Of a stretch of 64,000 nucleotides of DNA, positions 63,640-64,000 are shown in pieces. Position numbers and translations under genes: made by a program. The notes under the pieces were generated by a model. That model searched no databases, had not been told where the DNA came from, and saw only the letters and a list, made by a program, of their open reading frames with translations. Numbering within the stretch: position 1 is the first letter of the stretch; each line of letters begins with the position of its first letter. The stretch is taken from the NCBI RefSeq assembly GCF_947568905.1, contig NC_079169.1, positions 4,774,001 through 4,838,000 on the forward strand, written 5' to 3'. Source of the DNA: Ostrea edulis. Lineage: Eukaryota.

Positions 63640-63967
63640 GGTCTGTTTGAGGGTACAGAGTATCATGCCGCAAATTCTATGGTCGTTATAACGATCTAAC
63701 CTACACACACAATCCGTCATTGGGTCAAATGTTGTCTGACTTGTTTCATACTACTTCTTAGACCGTTCTTTACATACTGGTTTTGACTACGGATTACTCC
63801 GTTGACCTGATCACGATAGAAAGCTTACGGCAGATGTTACCGGTCCACGGGGGATGTTTACTCCTCCTAGGCACCTGATACCACCTGTGGTATGTCTAGG
63901 AGTCTGTAGTTGCTAACTCCTAATTTTGTATTCTTTGTTGGAATTATGAGATTTGTTCGTTATCTTC
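63640..63967 (+). mobile_element. Naiad-like PLE 3' fragment
   Basis: ctatggtcgttataacgatcta..ttactcctcctaggcacctgat..ttcgttatcttca. Confidence 0.8.
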
Positions 63968-64000
63968 AAAATGTTCATGTTACACTATGAATGAACATTG

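Overview
AT-rich eukaryotic genomic DNA. The SINE, Helentron-like and Penelope repeat families point to a bivalve mollusc, probably an oyster (inference). One host gene spans most of the window on the minus strand: a receptor (transmembrane) guanylyl cyclase of the natriuretic-peptide-receptor type. I reconstructed 17 coding exons by hand (55491 to 618; 2595 nt = 865 codons). All have GT-AG introns and consistent phases, covering signal peptide, ANF-receptor ectodomain, TM helix, kinase-homology domain, coiled coil and the start of the cyclase domain; the remaining exons lie beyond position 1. The introns are full of mobile DNA: Penelope-like retroelements (a Naiad-like family with about 14 3'-end fragments and a Neptune-like RT+GIY-YIG copy), a decayed Tc1 transposon, tRNA-derived SINEs, Helentron-type elements, TTAA and other MITEs, a LINE 3' end, and several minisatellites. 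Most striking: (1) two unrelated minisatellites (29 bp x ~50 and 65 bp x 9) each start exactly at an exon's 5' splice site, so the pre-mRNA carries long arrays of duplicated splice donors; (2) four recognisable type-I hammerhead ribozyme motifs plus one decayed copy, including a 351-nt retrozyme-like unit and two motifs on the sense strand of the host pre-mRNA. No prokaryotic features or CRISPR arrays.
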